From contig CAZIDZ010000010.1 of assembly GCA_964538455.1 (NCBI GenBank), positions 12,239 to 76,238 of the forward strand: a DNA stretch of 64,000 bases, read 5' to 3'. Positions 61,241 to 64,000 of this stretch are shown here, piece by piece (the first letter of the stretch is position 1; each line of letters begins with the position of its first letter). The position numbers were made by a program, and so were the translations under genes. The notes beneath the pieces were generated by a model. That model worked only from the letters and a program-made list of their open reading frames with translations. It did no database searches and was not told the DNA's origin. Source of the DNA: an uncultured bacterium (lineage in GTDB: Bacteria; Electryoneota; Electryoneia; Electryoneales; Electryoneaceae).

Positions 61241-61401
61241 GCATAACAAAAAGCGCCCCCGCCCGAAGGCGAGGACGACGGTTCCCCGAAGGGAGTGTCC
61301 TGCGAAGTCAAGCTTCTTATTGTGACAAGCAACGCAGGCACCGGTCAGTTTCACTACGAACTTATATTAGCAATTATCACTCGCTCATGCAAGGAGGTCG
61401 T

Positions 61402-64000
61402 ATGAAGTCAAAACAGACGATGACTCTCGGACTCGACTTGGGCACGAATTCAATCGGATGGGCTTTGATCGGAGAGGACGAATCCGGAGTCCCTAACAAG
61501 GTGATCGCCACCGGTGTACGGATTTTCCAGGAAGCTGTCGAAGCAAAAACCCGCGCTCCGAAAAACTGGGCGCGCCGGGAAGCCAGATCTGCCCGAAGAC
61601 GAAATGACCGCCGAAACCGCCGCAAACAAGCACTCAAGCTTCGTTTGCAAGCTGCGGGATTGCTCCCAAAACAGCCTGAAGCCTTTCAGGCGTCGATGCA
61701 GTCGGAAAATCCTTACCAGTTGCGCAAACAGGGATTGGAGAAAAAGCTAGAGCCCTACCAGATCGGGAGGGCGGTCTACCATCTGAACCAGCGACGCGGA
61801 TTCCTGAGCAACCGGAAGTCCTTGAAAAAGGAAGATGAAAAAGGCGCCGTCAAGGAAGGGATCAGTTCGCTGGCGAAGGAAATCGAAGATTCCGGGGCTC
61901 GCACGCTTGGCGAGTTTCTCGCGTCGCAGGCCAAGAAACGCGGGCGCTATACGGCGCGCGAAATGTTCAGCGATGAGTTTCGAGCCTTGATCACCGCTCA
62001 ACGGCGCTTTCACCCCAAATTGTTGTCGAGGGATCTCGAAGCCGACCTTTTCCGCATCATTTTTTTCCAGCGGCCGCTTAAGGTACAGAAATACCTCATC
62101 GGCCACTGCACCTTTGAAAACCATCGCCCTCGCGCCGCTATCGCCACTCTCGCCTTCCAGAAATTCCGCACGCAACAGGACTTGAACAACCTCGAAGTGC
62201 GCGATCCCGAAACACGTGAGTGGCGAAAGCTGACGATAGAAGAGCGCGCCATGCTTTACAAGACCCTGCAGGAACAGAAGGGACTCAAGTGGTCAAGCGC
62301 AAAGAAAAAAATCCACTTGCACGACAATGAACTGTTCAACCTCGAACAAGGCAAGAAAAGCGAATTGATCGGTAACCGCACAGCCTTTGACATCCAGAAA
62401 GCAATTGGAAAATCGACCTGGAAAGCGCTGTCCGAAGAACAAAGAGAACAACTTGTTACCGACCTGCTGACCATTGACCATGCGGCCGGATTCCTGCGGC
62501 GAATGCGGGAGCATTGGGGGTTCGACGAAGAAACCGCGCAGAAGCTCGCAGAGCTTGAGCTGGAAAACGGTTATGCCCGTCTTTCGATGAAAGCTCTTAA
62601 GAAAATCCTGCCGCATCTCGAACAGGGCTTGCGTTACGACGAAGCCTGCAAAGCCGCAGGCTACCACCACGCCCTGCACACCGCCTACGACAGCCCCGGC
62701 CGTCAGGTGCTCTCGGAGCCACCCAACCTGCGCAACCCGGTCGTTCAAAAAGCGCTGTGGGAAGTGCGCAAGGTGGTCAACAACCTGATCCGCGAATACG
62801 GCAAACCCGATGTGATCCGCATCGAGATGGCCCGCGAGATGAAAATGTCGCGGAAGCAGAAGCAAGAATACCAGGACAAGACAAAGAAGCTCGAGAACAA
62901 GCGCAAGCAGACTATTGAAATCCTTCAAAAGGAGTTCGGCATCCAGCAGCCCAGCCGCGCCGACATCGAGAAATTCCATCTCTGGGAGGAGTGCAACGAG
63001 ACCTGCCCCTACACAGGCCAGCCGATCTCGCGCCAGATGCTGTTCGGAACCGGAGAGGTGGATGTCGAGCACATCATTCCCTACTCCCGCTGCCTCGACG
63101 ACTCCTATATGAACAAATCCCTCTGCATCCACAAGGAAAACCGGGCCGTGAAACGCAACCAGACCCCCTATGAAGCATACCACGGCGATCCGGAAAAATT
63201 CGCGGCGATCCACCAGCGGCTGGTGACGATGAAATCCATGCCTCACGTGAAAAAACGCAAGTTCGACCAGAAAGATGTGAAACTCGACGAGTTCATCGAG
63301 CGGCAGCTCAACGACACACGCTACATCGCCGTAGAGGTCAAGGACTACCTGCGTCAGCTCGGATCCGACGTACAGGTGAGCAAGGGCCAGGCGACCGCGG
63401 CCTTGAGGAGGTCCTGGGATTTGAACCGCATCCTGGGAAGTGATCCCGGTGATAACGGCCCCGTCCAGAAATCACGGGCCGACCACCGTCACCACGCCGT
63501 CGACGCCGCCGTCATCGCCGTAACCACACGAGGCCTGCTCCAGTACCTCTCCCGGCAGTCGGCCACCAGTCCATCAGGAAGCGGATTGTGGAACCGCGAT
63601 TTCGACATCGTCCCGCCCTGGAAAGACTTTGCTAAAGACCTTCGGGCCAGCATCGAGAACATCGTCGTTTCCCACGCGCCACTGCGGAAACTGTCGGGTG
63701 CGCTTCACGAGGAGACGGTGTATGGCATCGCCGGTGTGGATGAGAAAAGTGGCAAGCTGATGGTTGTCTATCGCGTGCGACTGGACAACCCGATCACAGC
63801 GCCTCAGATCGAGAAAATCCGCGACGACGGCGTGAAAACTATCGTCAAAGAACGGATCACCCAGGTCGCCGCTAATCCGGATAAACCAACTCCCGCGGAG
63901 TTGAAACAGGCCTTCGCCACACCGCTCTACCACAAGGACGGCAAAACTCCCATCGAGACCGTCCGCATCGAACAGCAGGTCTCTGCTGATTCCTTTTTCG
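61402..64000 (+). CDS. cas9: CRISPR-associated endonuclease Cas9, type II (compact, II-C-like), 3'-truncated by the window edge
   Basis: RBS AAGGAGG lies 4 nt upstream of the ATG. Continuous ORF of at least 866 codons to the window end, translated by hand. RuvC-I: MTLGLDLGTNSIGWALI. Arg-rich bridge helix: RSARRRNDRRNRRKQALKLR. RuvC-II: PDVIRIEMAREM. HNH: EVDVEHIIPYSRCLDDSYMNKSLCIHKENRAVKRNQTPYEAY. RuvC-III: ADHRHHAVDAAVIAV. Confidence 0.9.
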   Translation, partial: MKSKQTMTLGLDLGTNSIGWALIGEDESGVPNKVIATGVRIFQEAVEAKTRAPKNWARREARSARRRNDRRNRRKQALKLRLQAAGLLPKQPEAFQASMQSENPYQLRKQGLEKKLEPYQIGRAVYHLNQRRGFLSNRKSLKKEDEKGAVKEGISSLAKEIEDSGARTLGEFLASQAKKRGRYTAREMFSDEFRALITAQRRFHPKLLSRDLEADLFRIIFFQRPLKVQKYLIGHCTFENHRPRAAIATLAFQKFRTQQDLNNLEVRDPETREWRKLTIEERAMLYKTLQEQKGLKWSSAKKKIHLHDNELFNLEQGKKSELIGNRTAFDIQKAIGKSTWKALSEEQREQLVTDLLTIDHAAGFLRRMREHWGFDEETAQKLAELELENGYARLSMKALKKILPHLEQGLRYDEACKAAGYHHALHTAYDSPGRQVLSEPPNLRNPVVQKALWEVRKVVNNLIREYGKPDVIRIEMAREMKMSRKQKQEYQDKTKKLENKRKQTIEILQKEFGIQQPSRADIEKFHLWEECNETCPYTGQPISRQMLFGTGEVDVEHIIPYSRCLDDSYMNKSLCIHKENRAVKRNQTPYEAYHGDPEKFAAIHQRLVTMKSMPHVKKRKFDQKDVKLDEFIERQLNDTRYIAVEVKDYLRQLGSDVQVSKGQATAALRRSWDLNRILGSDPGDNGPVQKSRADHRHHAVDAAVIAVTTRGLLQYLSRQSATSPSGSGLWNRDFDIVPPWKDFAKDLRASIENIVVSHAPLRKLSGALHEETVYGIAGVDEKSGKLMVVYRVRLDNPITAPQIEKIRDDGVKTIVKERITQVAANPDKPTPAELKQAFATPLYHKDGKTPIETVRIEQQVSADSFF

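Noticed and set aside
61133-61354. Short ORFs 61137..61325 (+) and 61133..61354 (-) over the cas9-upstream region.
   Set aside because: They cover an intrinsic terminator and palindromic half-repeats. These are more likely RNA/regulatory sequence than proteins. They are kept as a candidate sRNA finding instead.
62293-63933. Minus-strand ORFs 62293..63246 and 63574..63933.
   Set aside because: Antisense to the hand-translated cas9 frame, which carries all catalytic motifs.

Overview
This 64 kb window is high-GC (about 62%) bacterial DNA, and it is dominated by one co-directional minus-strand translation/transcription super-cluster spanning about 19.2-54.4 kb. Read 5' to 3' on the minus strand, the cluster is: tRNA-Thr(TGT), tRNA-Tyr, tRNA-Gly, tRNA-Thr(GGT), tuf, rpmG, tRNA-Trp, secE, nusG, rplKAJL, rpoBC, rpsLG, fusA, a second identical tuf copy, the S10/spc/alpha operons, then rplQ. 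To the left of the cluster lies an accessory region: the 3' end of an ECF sigma gene, an anti-sigma gene, a secreted tri-repeat protein gene, a GPP34-like gene, a selenocysteine-containing selD with its in-frame UGA, a REC-HD-GYP gene, a Ppx/GppA-Nudix fusion gene, two tandem DUF3857/transglutaminase-like paralogs, and patatin-like, EamA, M32 carboxypeptidase, DUF2179, membrane-protein and second HD-GYP genes. To the right lie tlpA-like/trxA/dsbD, a SPOR lipoprotein gene, an alanine-dehydrogenase-family gene and a CoA-transferase gene. The most system-like element is a type II cas9 gene starting at 61402 on the + strand. It carries intact RuvC-I/II/III, bridge-helix and HNH motifs, but it is absent from the supplied ORF track because it runs off the 3' window edge without a stop. 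A terminator-ended candidate small RNA (possible tracrRNA) sits just upstream of it. No CRISPR array or cas1/cas2 is visible inside the window. Coordinates I derived myself (tRNAs, hairpins, refined starts) are anchored to the ORF track but may be off by 1-2 nt. The many long antisense ORFs in the track are treated as GC-rich artefacts.
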